Assembly: GCF_014280175.1 (NCBI RefSeq)
Contig: NZ_CP047931.1
Location: 1,620,001-1,652,000 of the forward strand
From: Synechococcus sp. A15-28
Lineage (GTDB): Bacteria > Cyanobacteriota > Cyanobacteriia > PCC-6307 > Cyanobiaceae
DNA length: 32,000 nucleotides
Reading direction: 5' to 3'
The notes under the pieces were generated by a model. It was not told where the DNA came from. It was given only the letters and a program-made list of their open reading frames with translations, and did no database searches. The translations under genes and the position numbers were made by a program. This document shows positions 9,121 through 20,072 of this stretch, in pieces; within the stretch, counting starts at the first letter, position 1, and each line of letters begins with the position of its first letter.

Positions 9121-9597
9121 ATGCGTCGTCTCTTGGCCGCCCTTCTCTCGGCTCTCCTGGTGTTCGGCTTCGCTCCCGTCGCCAAGGCTGACGTGGCCGG
9201 CCTTACCCCCTGCTCCGAAAGCGCCCGTTTCCAGCAGCGCGCCGCTGCCGCCACAACGCCCCAGGCCAAGGCTCGTTTCGAGATGTACAGCCAAGCCTCC
9301 TGCGGTGATGACGGCCTGCCCCATTTGATCGTTGATGGCCGTTGGAGCCATGCCGGTGACTTCGTCTATCCCGGGATCATGTTCCTCTATGTGGCCGGTT
9401 GCATCGGCTGGGCAGGACGTGAATACCTGAAGGCAACACGAGGCAAGAGCGCCGCGATGAATGAGATCCAGATCGACCTCGGCATCGCGTTCAAGAGCCT
9501 TCTGGCCGCAGCGACCTGGCCGCTGGCCGCCTTCGGTGAGTTCACCAGTGGGCAACTCCTGGAGGACGAGGACAAGGTGACCGTTTCCCCTCGCTGA
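9121..9597 (+). CDS. psaF: Photosystem I reaction centre subunit III (PsaF)
   Basis: Signal peptide followed by ADVAGLTPCSESARFQQRAA...SYPG-like FVYPGIMFLYVAGCIGWAGREYL. Confidence 0.95.
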   Translation: MRRLLAALLSALLVFGFAPVAKADVAGLTPCSESARFQQRAAAATTPQAKARFEMYSQASCGDDGLPHLIVDGRWSHAGDFVYPGIMFLYVAGCIGWAGREYLKATRGKSAAMNEIQIDLGIAFKSLLAAATWPLAAFGEFTSGQLLEDEDKVTVSPR

Positions 9598-9627
9598 TTC
9601 CTACCCACTTCATCCCTCAATCGAACC

Positions 9628-9744
9628 ATGCAGAAATTTCTCACCACCGCGCCGGTTGTTGCCGCCATCTGGTTCACCCTCACCGCCGGGATCCTGATCG
9701 AGTGGAACCGTTTCTTCCCCGACCTGCTCTTCCACCCCATGTGA
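9628..9744 (+). CDS. psaJ: Photosystem I reaction centre subunit IX (PsaJ), 38 aa
   Basis: [38 protein letters not shown], directly downstream of psaF. Below the 60-aa cut-off of the ORF track. Confidence 0.95.
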   Translation: MQKFLTTAPVVAAIWFTLTAGILIEWNRFFPDLLFHPM

Positions 9745-9764
9745 TTTGGGTCTTGTCCAACATC

Positions 9765-9793
9765 AAAAAAAGGGGCTATGCCCCCTTTTTTTT
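9765..9793. terminator. Bidirectional terminator between convergent psaFJ and gmk
   Basis: AAAAAAA-GGGGC-TAT-GCCCC-C-TTTTTTTT. Confidence 0.9.
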
Positions 9794-9797
9794 GCCA

Positions 9798-10358
9798 TCA
9801 AGCCAGGCCCATCAGCCCTTCCAGCTTCAGCAGGGCCTGGTCGAGATCGTCGTTAACCACCACAGCATCGAATTCGTCCTGGGCGCTTAACTCTTCACGA
9901 GCCCGCGTCAGTCGGCGCTGGATCGCCTCCTCAGAATCAGTGCCACGCCCGCGGATGCGGCGCTCGAGTTCCTCAAAACTGGGCGGTGCCAGAAAAATCT
10001 GCACGGCCTGAGGAAAGCTGCGACGAACCTGTCTGGCTCCCTCCAGTTCGATTTCCAGGAGAACGGGCCGCCCGGCCTGCAACTGCTGCTCCACGGGAGC
10101 CCGGGGAGTCCCGTAGCGGTTTCCAGCAAATTGAGCCCACTCCAGCAAACCGCCCTCCTGCACAAGGGCATCGAAGCGATCCCTGCTGTGAAAGAAATAA
10201 CTCTCCCCCTCACGCTCTCCTTCGCGAGGAGTTCGTGTGGTGGCCGATACCGACACCCAGATGCTCGGATGCCGCTCCAGAAGGCGTTGCACCAGCGTTC
10301 CTTTCCCGACGCCGCTCGGCCCGGTGATCACCGTCAGGGTGCCCATGCCGTTTGACAT
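9798..10358 (-). CDS. gmk: Guanylate kinase
   Basis: [73 protein letters not shown]. Start set at internal ATG 10358. Confidence 0.96.
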   Translation of the reverse strand: MSNGMGTLTVITGPSGVGKGTLVQRLLERHPSIWVSVSATTRTPREGEREGESYFFHSRDRFDALVQEGGLLEWAQFAGNRYGTPRAPVEQQLQAGRPVLLEIELEGARQVRRSFPQAVQIFLAPPSFEELERRIRGRGTDSEEAIQRRLTRAREELSAQDEFDAVVVNDDLDQALLKLEGLMGLA

Positions 10359-10433
10359 CACTGCATCGTCGTGGCCCAGCAGAGTAGGAACCCCTCTGAA
10401 CGACGGGTGACCAGCACGGCACGGCTGCAGCTC

Positions 10434-12131
10434 ATGGACCTCACCACCCTGCGCGCGGTGTTGAGCGATCTCCGGCCGAGGCTGCTGCCCAGCCGGTTCG
10501 AGAAAGCTCAGCAACCGGATCCAGCCACGCTGCAACTCGGATTCCGCACCCTGAAGGGCATGCTCTGGCTCGAATTGAGCTGGCAAGCCGATGCGCCGCG
10601 GTTGGTGCAGATCCCGCCGCCGCCGCGGCAGGGTGCCGGCAGCACCCTCTCCCAGCAGATCCAGCACAGCCTTCGCCAGATGGCGCTAATCGAACTGGTT
10701 CAAACGGGGTTTGAACGGGTGGTGGAGTTCCGGATGGCTCCAAGGCCGGGCCATCCCGCTCAGCGCGTGCTGGTGCTGGAACTGATGGGCCGCCACAGCA
10801 ATGTGCTGCTACTGGACGAGCAGCGACAGGTGGTCGCCCTGGGCCGTCAGGTGCGCGACCACCAGTCACGGGTCCGACCCATTGGCACCGGCGATGCCTA
10901 TATCCCCCCACCACCCCTGCAGGGGCAGCCCCCCAGTTCTGCAGAACACTTCGAGCGCTGGCGCGACCGTCTCCGTCTCCTGCCGCTTCCGTTGCGTAAA
11001 GCTCTGCCGCAGGCATATCAAGGGATCAGCCCGCCCCTGGCCAAGCAACTGGCCGGGGAGTTGCTGACCACGCCCGTCGACCAGCTTGAGCCGGACGCGT
11101 GGTATGAGCTGCATCACCGTTGGCAGGCCTGGCTGGCCTGCCTCGAGACGGAGCGATTCACACTTGATCTCAAGGGTGAAGAGGGGTACCGGGTCTGGTC
11201 GAGCCACACCGATCGATCCGGCGGCGCTGAAGGCAACGAAGGGGGCCTGGCCCTCGCTCTGGGGCACTGGTACCGCAGCCGGATTGACCAACGCGATCTG
11301 CAGCGAGCCTGTGACGAGCTGCGGCAACGTCTGAGCCGCTGGCGGTCCAAGGAGGACCTGGCTCTGGAGGATCAGCGCAGGCGTTTGGCGGCCTGCGCCG
11401 ACAGCGCGGATCTGCAGCAGCAGGCGGATGCCTTGCTCTGCCTACCGGCACCAAATCGCGACGAGGTGGATCAAGCCCAGAAGCTCTATCGACGGGCCCG
11501 CAAGCTGCGGCGGTCCAGCAGCATGCTTCAGGAAAGGATCCATCACCACGATGGTCGGCTGCAGCTGATCAACGGCAGCGAGGCCTTCATCGATGATCTG
11601 CAGGCTGCGGCATGGCAACCGATGGCGTCACGCCTAATGGCCCTCGGTGATCTACGGCGGGAACTGGAGGAGCTGCTCAACCCTGTCGGTCGCCAGGAGC
11701 GGCGCCAGCGACAGCAGCAGGGCACGCCTCAACCCCTCGAAGTCATCAGCCCCAGTGGTCTCGTGCTGCAGGTGGGCCGCAACCATCGCCAGAACGACTG
11801 GATCAGCCTGCGCCAGGCCCGCAGCGGTGACCTCTGGTTTCACGCCCAGGAATGTCCCGGCAGCCATGTGGTGCTGAAAAGCTCGGCTGGTCTGGCCGAT
11901 GACGACGATCTGCAGCTGGCCTGCGACCTGGCGTCCTATTTCAGCCGTGCACGCGGCAATGTGCGGGTGGCTGTTGTGATGGTGCCGACGGAGCATCTGC
12001 AGCGGATCGCCGGTGCCGGGCCAGGCACCGTTCGCCACAGCGGCGGCGAGGTGCGCTGGGGCGATCCCATGCGGGCCGAGACCCGGCTCAACAGCCTCGA
12101 GGCTTCTAGCCTGGCGGGAAGCAAGGGCTGA
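10434..12131 (+). CDS. rqcH: NFACT/Rqc2 (RqcH, FbpA-like) family protein
   Basis: [27 protein letters not shown]...; C-terminal [44 protein letters not shown] is the DUF814/NFACT-R region. Confidence 0.88.
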   Translation: MDLTTLRAVLSDLRPRLLPSRFEKAQQPDPATLQLGFRTLKGMLWLELSWQADAPRLVQIPPPPRQGAGSTLSQQIQHSLRQMALIELVQTGFERVVEFRMAPRPGHPAQRVLVLELMGRHSNVLLLDEQRQVVALGRQVRDHQSRVRPIGTGDAYIPPPPLQGQPPSSAEHFERWRDRLRLLPLPLRKALPQAYQGISPPLAKQLAGELLTTPVDQLEPDAWYELHHRWQAWLACLETERFTLDLKGEEGYRVWSSHTDRSGGAEGNEGGLALALGHWYRSRIDQRDLQRACDELRQRLSRWRSKEDLALEDQRRRLAACADSADLQQQADALLCLPAPNRDEVDQAQKLYRRARKLRRSSSMLQERIHHHDGRLQLINGSEAFIDDLQAAAWQPMASRLMALGDLRRELEELLNPVGRQERRQRQQQGTPQPLEVISPSGLVLQVGRNHRQNDWISLRQARSGDLWFHAQECPGSHVVLKSSAGLADDDDLQLACDLASYFSRARGNVRVAVVMVPTEHLQRIAGAGPGTVRHSGGEVRWGDPMRAETRLNSLEASSLAGSKG

Positions 12132-12132
12132 C

Positions 12133-12966
12133 GTGTCGGCCAGACCAGCCATTCCATCCGTGCCCGACCCCGACAGATCCGACGGTCCAGTTCTCAAGCC
12201 ACCTCCTCCCATCCGCATCAGCGGGGACAAGGACGCGAGTGAATTGCCCAACGAGGTCGAAATGCCTCTGGTGGATCACCTCGAGGAACTGCGCCAGCGA
12301 GTGCTGCGCAGTCTCCTGGCCGTGGTGCTGTCAGCACTGGTTTGCCTGCTGGCGGTGAAGCCCCTCGTGCGCCTGCTGGAAGCCCCGGCCCAGGGGATCC
12401 ACTTCCTGCAGCTGGCACCCGGTGAATTTCTGTTCGTGTCGCTGAAGGTGGCTGGCTATGCCGGCCTGACACTCGCCCTTCCCTACGTCCTGTTTCAGTT
12501 GCTGGCCTTTGTGCTCCCTGGATTGACGCTTCGGGAACGGCGGCTGATCGCGCCGGCCGTGGCCGGATCGGCCGTGCTGTTTCTGGCGGGCATTGCCTTT
12601 GCATGGTGGGCCCTGGTCCCCGCCGCTCTGCGTTTTTTGGTGAGCTACGGCGCCGATGTGGTGGAACCGCTCTGGTCGATCGAGCGTTACCTGGATTTCG
12701 TTCTGTTGCTGATGCTGGCCACAGGCCTGGCCTTTCAATTGCCGGTGTTGCAGCTGTTGCTGGGCGTGCTGGGACTCGTGCGCTGGCGCACCATGCTCGG
12801 GGCGTGGCGATGGGTGGTGCTGGGCTCCGCCCTCGCCGGGGCAGTGCTCACCCCATCAACCGACCCGATCACCATGCTGTTGCTGGCGGGCGCGATCACG
12901 GCCTTGTTCCTGATCGGCGTCGGGCTGGTCGCCCTCACGGAGACCCTCAGACGAGAAACTCCCTGA
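12133..12966 (+). CDS. tatC: Sec-independent protein translocase TatC
   Basis: MPLVDHLEELRQRVLRSLLAV...FVSLKVAGYAGLTLALPYVLFQLLAFVLPGLTLRERR. GTG start at 12133 or 12160 uncertain. Confidence 0.93.
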   Translation: MSARPAIPSVPDPDRSDGPVLKPPPPIRISGDKDASELPNEVEMPLVDHLEELRQRVLRSLLAVVLSALVCLLAVKPLVRLLEAPAQGIHFLQLAPGEFLFVSLKVAGYAGLTLALPYVLFQLLAFVLPGLTLRERRLIAPAVAGSAVLFLAGIAFAWWALVPAALRFLVSYGADVVEPLWSIERYLDFVLLLMLATGLAFQLPVLQLLLGVLGLVRWRTMLGAWRWVVLGSALAGAVLTPSTDPITMLLLAGAITALFLIGVGLVALTETLRRETP

Positions 12967-13306
12967 GCAGGTTCTGCGCGGCTGGCCCTTCAGCCTGCAG
13001 CTGAAGGCTCAGGGCCTTACCCAGGCGGGGTTTATCCCGGGTTGTATTGATCCAATGGCGCACTTCGGCCGCCAAACCAAGACGATTCACAACATCCAGC
13101 ACTTCCGCCAGATGCTCCCGATACGCGATTTCGTCCATCGGGAACGACTGTTGCTCTAAATAAGCCCACATCACCTGCAGGTAGAGACGCTGCCGGCGAA
13201 CCACCAGCTGAAGGTCGTAAGTCGCCCGCCAGCGCTGGCGTAAGCAGCCAATCAGCTCCTCGACACCGAGGGGTTCTGCAGACATCCCGGATGACAGATC
13301 AAGCAC
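12947..13306 (-). CDS. DUF3067-like cyanobacterial protein
   Basis: 119 aa; ELIGCLRQRWRATYDLQLVVRRQRLYLQVMWAYLEQQSFPMDEIAYREHLAEVLDVVNRLG. Alternative start at 13285. Confidence 0.7.
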   Translation of the reverse strand: MLDLSSGMSAEPLGVEELIGCLRQRWRATYDLQLVVRRQRLYLQVMWAYLEQQSFPMDEIAYREHLAEVLDVVNRLGLAAEVRHWINTTRDKPRLGKALSLQLQAEGPAAQNLLREFLV

Positions 13307-13410
13307 AAATACGACGATACGAAGAACGTTGAAAGGCCAGTCGTTGCAAAGCGTGACAGGAACTTAAGCGTCCATAATGATCCTTATTCCGTGCTGGATG
13401 ACCGTCCGTC

Positions 13411-13947
13411 ATGACCCAACTTTCCTCGAGCGATGTGCCCGGAATGGGTCGTCGGCAGTTCATGAATCTGCTGACCTTCGGTTCCGTGACCGGGGTGGCC
13501 TTGGGTGCTCTTTACCCCGTCGTTAACTACTTCATCCCCCCCCGCGCCGCTGGAGCCGGCGGCGGCACCTCCGCCAAGGATGAGCTCGGGAACGCCATCA
13601 CCGCCACCGGCTGGTTGTCCTCTCACCCCGAGGGTGACCGCAGCCTCGTCCAGGGTCTCAAGGGTGATCCCACCTATCTGATCGTTGAAGGTTCGGATGC
13701 CATCGGCAGCTACGGCATCAACGCCATCTGCACCCACCTCGGCTGCGTCGTGCCCTGGAACAGCGGCGCCAACAAGTTCATGTGCCCCTGCCACGGAAGT
13801 CAGTACGACGCCACCGGCAAGGTGGTTCGCGGTCCGGCGCCACTCTCCCTGGCTCTGGCCAACGTGAGCGTCGAGAACGACAACGTCTTTGTGAGCCAGT
13901 GGACTGAAACCGACTTCCGCACGGGCGATAAGCCCTGGTGGGCCTGA
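13411..13947 (+). CDS. petC: Cytochrome b6-f complex Rieske iron-sulfur protein
   Basis: [39 protein letters not shown] and CPCHGSQYD cluster-binding motifs. Confidence 0.98.
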   Translation: MTQLSSSDVPGMGRRQFMNLLTFGSVTGVALGALYPVVNYFIPPRAAGAGGGTSAKDELGNAITATGWLSSHPEGDRSLVQGLKGDPTYLIVEGSDAIGSYGINAICTHLGCVVPWNSGANKFMCPCHGSQYDATGKVVRGPAPLSLALANVSVENDNVFVSQWTETDFRTGDKPWWA

Positions 13948-13986
13948 TCCTTTTCCTTCGCTTTCCCTCCTCCCCTCACCCCTTCC

Positions 13987-14922
13987 ATGCGTCGCCACCT
14001 CTCCTTACTGCTCGGATCGCTGGTGCTCGGCCTGAGCGTTTTGATCGCCCCCGCCGCCAGCTGGGCCTATCCCTTCTGGGCTCAACAGAACTACGACAGC
14101 CCTCGGGAAGCCACCGGCAAGATCGTCTGCGCCAACTGCCACCTGGCGAAGAAACTGACCCAGGCCGAAGTGCCTCAGTCGGTTCTGCCCGACACGGTGT
14201 TCACCGCCAGCGTCAAGATCCCTTACGAGGACGGACTTCAAGAGATTGGAGCCGATGGAAGCGACGTGGGCCTTCAGGTCGGCGCTGTCGTGATGCTGCC
14301 CGATGGGTTCACCCTCGCGCCTCAGGATCGCTGGACCGATGAGATGAAAGAGGAGACCGAAGGGGTTTACTTCTCGCAGTACAGCGACGATCAGCCCAAT
14401 ATTCTTCTGGTGGGTCCGATTCCCGGTGATCAGCATCAGGAAGTGGTCTTCCCCCTTCTCTCACCTGACCCCGCCACCGACAGCAACATTCACTTCGGTA
14501 AGTACCAGCTCCACGTCGGCGGCAACCGTGGTCGTGGCCAGGTGTACCCCACCGGCGAAAAGAGCAATAACGCGGTTTACACTGCCTCCGCTTCCGGCTC
14601 AGTGACAGCGATTGAGGACGGCGAGAACGGCTCCAGCATCCTCACCATCAACACCACGGATGGCGCGGCTGTGACGGAAACCATTCCCGTCGGACCTCAG
14701 CTGCTGGTCAACGTCGGCGACACCGTTGAGGCCGGTGGCGCACTGACCAACGACCCGAATGTCGGTGGCTTCGGTCAGGTTGATGCCGAAATCGTGCTTC
14801 AGAACCCTGTGCGCATCTACGGCCTGCTCGCCTTCTTTGCGGCTGTTGCCGTTGCCCAGATCATGCTGGTGCTGAAGAAGAAACAGGTGGAGAAGGTTCA
14901 GGCTGCTGAGGGCAACTTCTGA
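13987..14922 (+). CDS. petA: Apocytochrome f
   Basis: [29 protein letters not shown] haem-binding site and C-terminal [17 protein letters not shown]. Confidence 0.98.
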   Translation: MRRHLSLLLGSLVLGLSVLIAPAASWAYPFWAQQNYDSPREATGKIVCANCHLAKKLTQAEVPQSVLPDTVFTASVKIPYEDGLQEIGADGSDVGLQVGAVVMLPDGFTLAPQDRWTDEMKEETEGVYFSQYSDDQPNILLVGPIPGDQHQEVVFPLLSPDPATDSNIHFGKYQLHVGGNRGRGQVYPTGEKSNNAVYTASASGSVTAIEDGENGSSILTINTTDGAAVTETIPVGPQLLVNVGDTVEAGGALTNDPNVGGFGQVDAEIVLQNPVRIYGLLAFFAAVAVAQIMLVLKKKQVEKVQAAEGNF

Positions 14923-14927
14923 TCCAG

Positions 14928-15764
14928 ATGTTCACATCGCCTGGGCCCGTTCTGTTTCAGATCGGGCCGCTCACCCTCCGCTGGTACGGACTGCTGATCG
15001 CAACAGCAGTCCTGATCGGATTGAACCTCTCCAGTCGCCTGGCCCAGTCCCGCAGGCTGGAAAACGGGTTGATCAGTGATCTGCTCCCGCTGCTGGTGTT
15101 GTTCTCCGTGATCGGAGCCAGGTTGTATTACGTCGCCTTCGAATGGCACAACTACGCCAATCAGCCGATGAAGGCGCTGGCGATCTGGGAAGGAGGCATC
15201 GCCATCCACGGCGCTCTGATCGCTGGAACCCTCACCCTGTTTCTGTTCTGCCGCTGGCGTCGTCAGCCATTTCTGGATGTTCTCGATGTTCTGGTGCCCT
15301 CCGTTGCTCTGGGCCAGGCCATTGGACGCTGGGGAAACTTCTTTAACTCTGAAGCCTTCGGTGTCCCGACCGACCTCCCCTGGAAGCTGTTCATTCCCTA
15401 CGGGAATCGGCCGGTGATCTATGCGGACGCCGAGTTTTTCCATCCAACATTCCTGTACGAATCGATCTGGAATCTGCTGCTGTTTGCTCTCCTGCTGGGT
15501 CTTTTCCGCTGGGGAAGCCGAGATCGTTTCTCCCTTCCTGCAGGAGCTCTGAGCTGTGTGTATCTTATCGGCTACAGCTTTGGCCGCATCTGGATCGAGG
15601 GACTCCGCATTGATCCCCTCTGTGTGGGAGCACTGCCCCCAGCCTGTGAGGGAGGGATTCGCATCGCCCAGTTGATGAGTGCCATGCTGATGGTTCAGGG
15701 TGGATTGGGTCTGTGGTGGTTGTACCGGCGGCAGCAACAGCTTCAGACTCCACCCAACCCCTGA
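14928..15764 (+). CDS. lgt: Prolipoprotein diacylglyceryl transferase
   Basis: [59 protein letters not shown]. Confidence 0.96.
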   Translation: MFTSPGPVLFQIGPLTLRWYGLLIATAVLIGLNLSSRLAQSRRLENGLISDLLPLLVLFSVIGARLYYVAFEWHNYANQPMKALAIWEGGIAIHGALIAGTLTLFLFCRWRRQPFLDVLDVLVPSVALGQAIGRWGNFFNSEAFGVPTDLPWKLFIPYGNRPVIYADAEFFHPTFLYESIWNLLLFALLLGLFRWGSRDRFSLPAGALSCVYLIGYSFGRIWIEGLRIDPLCVGALPPACEGGIRIAQLMSAMLMVQGGLGLWWLYRRQQQLQTPPNP

Positions 15765-16519
15765 GTCACCCCGTTTGCTTTGTCGGAGCAGGCCCCGGGG
15801 CTGAGGACCTACTGACCCTTCGAGCCGCTGAACGACTGCGTCATGCCGATGTGCTGATCTGGACGGACTCCCTGGTGTGCCCTCAGATCACAGTGCTGGC
15901 TCCTGACCATTGCGAAAAAATCCGCACCAGCACCCTCACCCTGGAAGAGGTGATTCCTCTGTTGATCGATCGACAACGTCAGGGGGCCAAGGTCGTGCGT
16001 CTGCACGATGGGGACACGGCTCTTTACAGCGCCATCAACGAGCAGATTTGCGCTCTGAGCGATGCGGACATTCCGGTGGAAGTGGTTCCCGGGGTCAGCG
16101 CTTATCAAGCGGCAGCAGCGGGACTCTCCAGCGAACTCACCATCCCGGGGGTGGTTCAGACCATTGTCCTCGGCCGCGCCGGGGGGCGCACGGGGGTTCC
16201 CCCTTCAGAGGAACTCGATCAGCTGGCAGCTCTGGGGGCCAGCCTATGCCTGTATCTCAGTGCCCGCCATATCGATGACGTGCAGGCCACCCTTCAGCGC
16301 CATTACCCCGACGACACACCGGTGGCCATCGCCTACCGGGTGAGCTGGCCTGATGAATGGATGTCCGTTGTCCCCCTCGCGCAGATGGCTGCTGCCAGTC
16401 AGGAGCGCCAGTTGATCCGCACAACCCTCTACATCATCAGTCCAGCACTCAATGGAGGTCGTCAACGATCGCGTTTGTATTCACCGGATCACGACCACCT
16501 TTTCCGCCCAAGCCACTGA
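15713..16519 (+). CDS. cobM: Precorrin-4 C(11)-methyltransferase
   Basis: [35 protein letters not shown]...[18 protein letters not shown]...[15 protein letters not shown]. Start overlaps lgt and may lie further downstream. Confidence 0.93.
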   Translation: MVVVPAAATASDSTQPLSHPVCFVGAGPGAEDLLTLRAAERLRHADVLIWTDSLVCPQITVLAPDHCEKIRTSTLTLEEVIPLLIDRQRQGAKVVRLHDGDTALYSAINEQICALSDADIPVEVVPGVSAYQAAAAGLSSELTIPGVVQTIVLGRAGGRTGVPPSEELDQLAALGASLCLYLSARHIDDVQATLQRHYPDDTPVAIAYRVSWPDEWMSVVPLAQMAAASQERQLIRTTLYIISPALNGGRQRSRLYSPDHDHLFRPSH

Positions 16520-16546
16520 TGGTGGTGGTTTAAGATTGGGTTGTGC

Positions 16547-16618
<72 letters not shown>

Positions 16619-16715
16619 TATTTCCCAGGGGGTTGTAGTCACTCCTCAGGAGACTCAGGCTGTCAAGTTGGTGCAAACGGCCTAAATTCCGGTTGTTCTG
16701 ATGTGAGTCTTCCGG

Positions 16716-17474
16716 ATGAGCGGAAGCGACCTCAACTCAAAACCCACGCAATCATCCGCAATTGAGGATGTAGGAACTGCGATCCGTCAGGGGCGAGAGT
16801 CCGCTTCGATCAGCCGTGAGGAGCTGGCCCAGCGTTTGCACATGGGCTGTGAACAACTCGAAGCTCTGGAGCAAGGGGAACTGCATCGGTTACCTGAACC
16901 TGTGTTCATCAAGGCGATGGTGCGACGCCTCGCCAGTCACCTCAGACTTGATGCTGATGCACTGGTGGAGCAGCTGGGTCCACTGCCCAATCGTCCGTCG
17001 ATCACCCATACGCCAGTTCAAGCACTGAAGCCAATCGCTGATCAGGCCTCCGGACCCCCTTGGATAACCCTTCTGTTGGCCCTGATGGCGATCGTTGGCC
17101 TCGGCAGCTGGGCCCGTCATCTGCTCACAGACACCACCACATCGACCTCTGGTCGGGAAACGCCCATCCAGGCAGCACCCGAAACGAAGGTCCAACCTCC
17201 AAGACAGGACGTTCCAGCTCCCCCGGCGGAATCGACCACGACAGCAGCAATCGTTCTCGACTGCAGCGAACCGTGCTGGATTGCCCTGCGTCGCGATGGA
17301 ACAGTGGAGTTCGAAGGAATTCTGGACGCCCCTAGAACGGTGGAGAACCCCGAAGGCGTTGAGGTTTATCCCGGGCGTCCGGATCTGGTGATGCTGCGCC
17401 GAGAGGAGGAGGAAGCGATCAACCTCGGCAGCATCAATGACCTGCGCTGGTACCCGCTCAACCCTGAACGCTGA
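16716..17474 (+). CDS. RodZ-like protein: HTH, TM and C-terminal DUF4115-like domain
   Basis: N-terminal HTH (GTAIRQGRESASISREELAQRLHMGCEQLEALEQGELHRLPEPVFIKAMVRRLA), single TM, periplasmic ALRRDG...EFEGIL...YPGRPDLV. Confidence 0.8.
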   Translation: MSGSDLNSKPTQSSAIEDVGTAIRQGRESASISREELAQRLHMGCEQLEALEQGELHRLPEPVFIKAMVRRLASHLRLDADALVEQLGPLPNRPSITHTPVQALKPIADQASGPPWITLLLALMAIVGLGSWARHLLTDTTTSTSGRETPIQAAPETKVQPPRQDVPAPPAESTTTAAIVLDCSEPCWIALRRDGTVEFEGILDAPRTVENPEGVEVYPGRPDLVMLRREEEEAINLGSINDLRWYPLNPER

Positions 17475-19125
17475 CCCGGAGCTTGACCCCCGAAGCCTCA
17501 CGCACCACCTCAGCGCAGCTCTCAAGACTCCACTGCTCCAGGCTGAGGTTCTGATTCAGTCGCTCTGGCACAAGAACAAGATCCAACACGTCCGGTGTTG
17601 TGTTCACCTGTAATGAAGCGACCACCGGCTCAGGTCGCCGGTCCAGGGCTGCTGCAAGGCGCAGCAGCAGTGACATTTCACTGACGCGACGTCGATTTTC
17701 ACGGGTCACCAGCGCCTGCCAGGACTCATGCCGTTTCTTGGGAAGACTGCGGCGGTGATAGCGGGCAATGGCTGCCACCATCAGATGTTCCGACTCCGAG
17801 TAGCCCAGAAGCTCTCCGTGACGAATCAGATACCAGGAGTGCTTGTGATACGCGCTGAGATTGATGTGCTGTCCGCAGGCGTGAAGCATTGCTGCGGCCC
17901 AGAGCAACTCCCGCCCCTGGCCATCGTCGTGGTGCATCAAACCCTCTGTGGCGTCGTACAGGCTCAGGGCATGGGTCGCCACCCGTTCAGCGCGCCTCTG
18001 ATTCACCGCAAAGCGCTGCACCTGATGGATAACAGTGCGCTGACGAATGCTGCTCTGAAAGCTGAAACGGTCCTCGAGCAGTCCATGGCGGAGCATCCAA
18101 TCCACGATCAGTCCCTCGCGCAAGGCCCGTTCGCTGAGAACGAACTCGTCAACGCCCAGCATCTGCATCGTGGTCTGCAGGATCAGGGCCCCCGGCACGA
18201 TGATTTCGGCCCTGCGGTCGTTGATGGGTGAAAGGTCCCGCCGTTGATCCGGAGTCATCGTCACCAGTTTCTCGACAACGCGATCCAGCCGCTGGCGCGA
18301 CACCCGGTAACCGTGCAGTTTCAGCGGAGGACGTTCGTCCTCACTGGCCGCCAGTGCACCGATGGCCATGGCCGTGCCGCTGGTGGCGACGAGAACGGGT
18401 ATTTCCCCCGGCTTGATCCGCCGGTGCACCTTGTCAACGGCAGGCTCCAGGGATCCCTGGATGAAGGCCTGCAGGAACGAGCGTCGCTGAGGGGGGATCG
18501 GATCATCCTTGACGAAATCCCGTTGCAAGCGCACTGCACCCACCCGCGTGCTGGTGAGAGCGCGGGCATCGCGTCCATCGGCAAGGATCAGCTCCGTCGA
18601 TCCCCCACCGATGTCCAGCAGCAGGTGGGGACGATCACCGAAGGTCATCCCAGAGAGCACCCCCAAGTAGATCAGACGGGCCTCCTCCGGGCCACTGACG
18701 AGATCCACATCGATGCCGAGGCCATCCTGAATGCTTTGGAGAAACTCCCTGCCATTGGGAGCCTCGCGGACGGCGCTGGTGGCGGCGGTCACGATCTGCT
18801 CCACGTCGTGACTGACGGCCAGATCCCGGAACCGTCGCAGTGTTTCGAAAGCACGATCCATTCCAGCCGAGGTCAGTTCGCCGCTGTCCGGATCGCGTTC
18901 TCCAAGGCGGGTGGTCGACTTCTCCGCCTGTTCGATGCTGAAGGTGCCAAGGATGGTGTCCACGCCGGCCACCAGGAGATGGGTGGAGTTGGTGCCGATG
19001 TCAATGGCGGCCACGCGCCGGGTCTGGGCCGACGACCTTGTGGGTTCCGACCCTGCCGAAGCCGTTGGTTCAGACACAGCGTCCAGCATCGTCGGCCCTG
19101 TCCAGAAGTCGATCCACTTTGCCAC
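17458..19125 (-). CDS. ppx: Ppx/GppA family exopolyphosphatase
   Basis: AAIDIGTNSTHLLVA, SGPEEARLIYLGV, LLLDIGGGSTELIL, ATSGTAMAIGAL; C-terminal HD-like region. Confidence 0.93.
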   Translation of the reverse strand: MAKWIDFWTGPTMLDAVSEPTASAGSEPTRSSAQTRRVAAIDIGTNSTHLLVAGVDTILGTFSIEQAEKSTTRLGERDPDSGELTSAGMDRAFETLRRFRDLAVSHDVEQIVTAATSAVREAPNGREFLQSIQDGLGIDVDLVSGPEEARLIYLGVLSGMTFGDRPHLLLDIGGGSTELILADGRDARALTSTRVGAVRLQRDFVKDDPIPPQRRSFLQAFIQGSLEPAVDKVHRRIKPGEIPVLVATSGTAMAIGALAASEDERPPLKLHGYRVSRQRLDRVVEKLVTMTPDQRRDLSPINDRRAEIIVPGALILQTTMQMLGVDEFVLSERALREGLIVDWMLRHGLLEDRFSFQSSIRQRTVIHQVQRFAVNQRRAERVATHALSLYDATEGLMHHDDGQGRELLWAAAMLHACGQHINLSAYHKHSWYLIRHGELLGYSESEHLMVAAIARYHRRSLPKKRHESWQALVTRENRRRVSEMSLLLRLAAALDRRPEPVVASLQVNTTPDVLDLVLVPERLNQNLSLEQWSLESCAEVVREASGVKLRVSVQG

Positions 19126-19178
19126 CCATGGGCGTTGTCGCCAGGCGCTGACTAGGGTTCTTCAAACCTTCGGGTCCC

Positions 19179-20072
19179 GTGAACAGCCTTCGTGAACGCC
19201 TTGGCCCCTGGCTTGAACTGCTGCGCTGGACCAAGCCAACCGGTCGCCTGATTCTGCTGATTCCCGCCGGCTGGAGCCTGTGGTTGTCACCCTCTGCACC
19301 TCCTGGCCTGCTTCTGTTGCTCCAGATCGTTGTCGGAGGGTTGGCCGTGAGTGGAGCCGGCTGCATTGCCAACGACCTTTGGGACCGCCGTTTCGACAGC
19401 CGGGTGGAACGGACGAAACAGCGGCCGCTGGCCCGGGGTGCGATCCGGCCGGCCGCAGCATTCATGCTGCTGATCGTTCTGCTGGTCCTCAGCCTTGCGG
19501 TGGTCCTCAGCCTGGATGAGACCAGCCAGGCCTTATGCCTGCTGCTCTCGATCTGCGCTCTTCCGGCGATCCTCCTCTATCCCTCCGCCAAGCGCTGGTT
19601 CGCTTACCCCCAGGCGGTGCTTGCTTTCTGCTGGGGCTTTGCCGTGCTGATCCCCTGGGCCGCAGCGGAACGAAGCCTGACGCTGCAGCCGGCCCTGATC
19701 GGCTGCTGGCTGGCCACGGTTCTGTGGACCTTCGGCTTCGACACCGTCTATGCCATGGCTGATCGCCGTGATGATGCAGTCATCGGCCTGAACAGCAGCG
19801 CCTTGAGCCTGGGGAGCCGTGCCGTCGTCACCGTCAGAGCCTGTTATGGCTTGACGGTCGCAGCCCTCGCGCTGGCCGCCGTCAGTGCGGGCGTTCATCC
19901 ACTGTTCTGGATCTTCTGGCTCGGAGCCACAGTGCTGATGCAGCTCAGTTGCCGGTCGTTGAACCAGCGCAACGCGACCATGGCGAGCTTTGGTCTTCAT
20001 TTCCGCGGCCAGGTCCAGATCGGCAGCCTGCTGCTGCTGGGGCTGATGCTGAGCCGCGGGCTGACCGGATGA
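19179..20072 (+). CDS. ubiA: 4-hydroxybenzoate polyprenyltransferase (UbiA family)
   Basis: LRWTKPTGRLILLIPAGWSLW, ANDLWDRRFDSRVERTKQRPLARG, YAMADRRDDAVIGLNSSAL. GTG start. Confidence 0.92.
   Translation: MNSLRERLGPWLELLRWTKPTGRLILLIPAGWSLWLSPSAPPGLLLLLQIVVGGLAVSGAGCIANDLWDRRFDSRVERTKQRPLARGAIRPAAAFMLLIVLLVLSLAVVLSLDETSQALCLLLSICALPAILLYPSAKRWFAYPQAVLAFCWGFAVLIPWAAAERSLTLQPALIGCWLATVLWTFGFDTVYAMADRRDDAVIGLNSSALSLGSRAVVTVRACYGLTVAALALAAVSAGVHPLFWIFWLGATVLMQLSCRSLNQRNATMASFGLHFRGQVQIGSLLLLGLMLSRGLTG

Noticed and set aside
14898-15737. 279-aa minus-strand ORF opposite lgt
   Set aside because: Shadow ORF; the plus strand carries all Lgt motifs.
16639-16655. ACTCCTCAGGAG near the tRNA-Val 3' side, resembling the Yfr1 sRNA core ACTCCTCACAC
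   Set aside because: Only the first eight bases match. The flanking stem-loops and U-rich terminator expected for Yfr1 are not visible.
18244-19155. 303-aa plus-strand ORF opposite ppx/gppA
   Set aside because: Shadow ORF; the minus-strand Ppx/GppA motifs are unambiguous.
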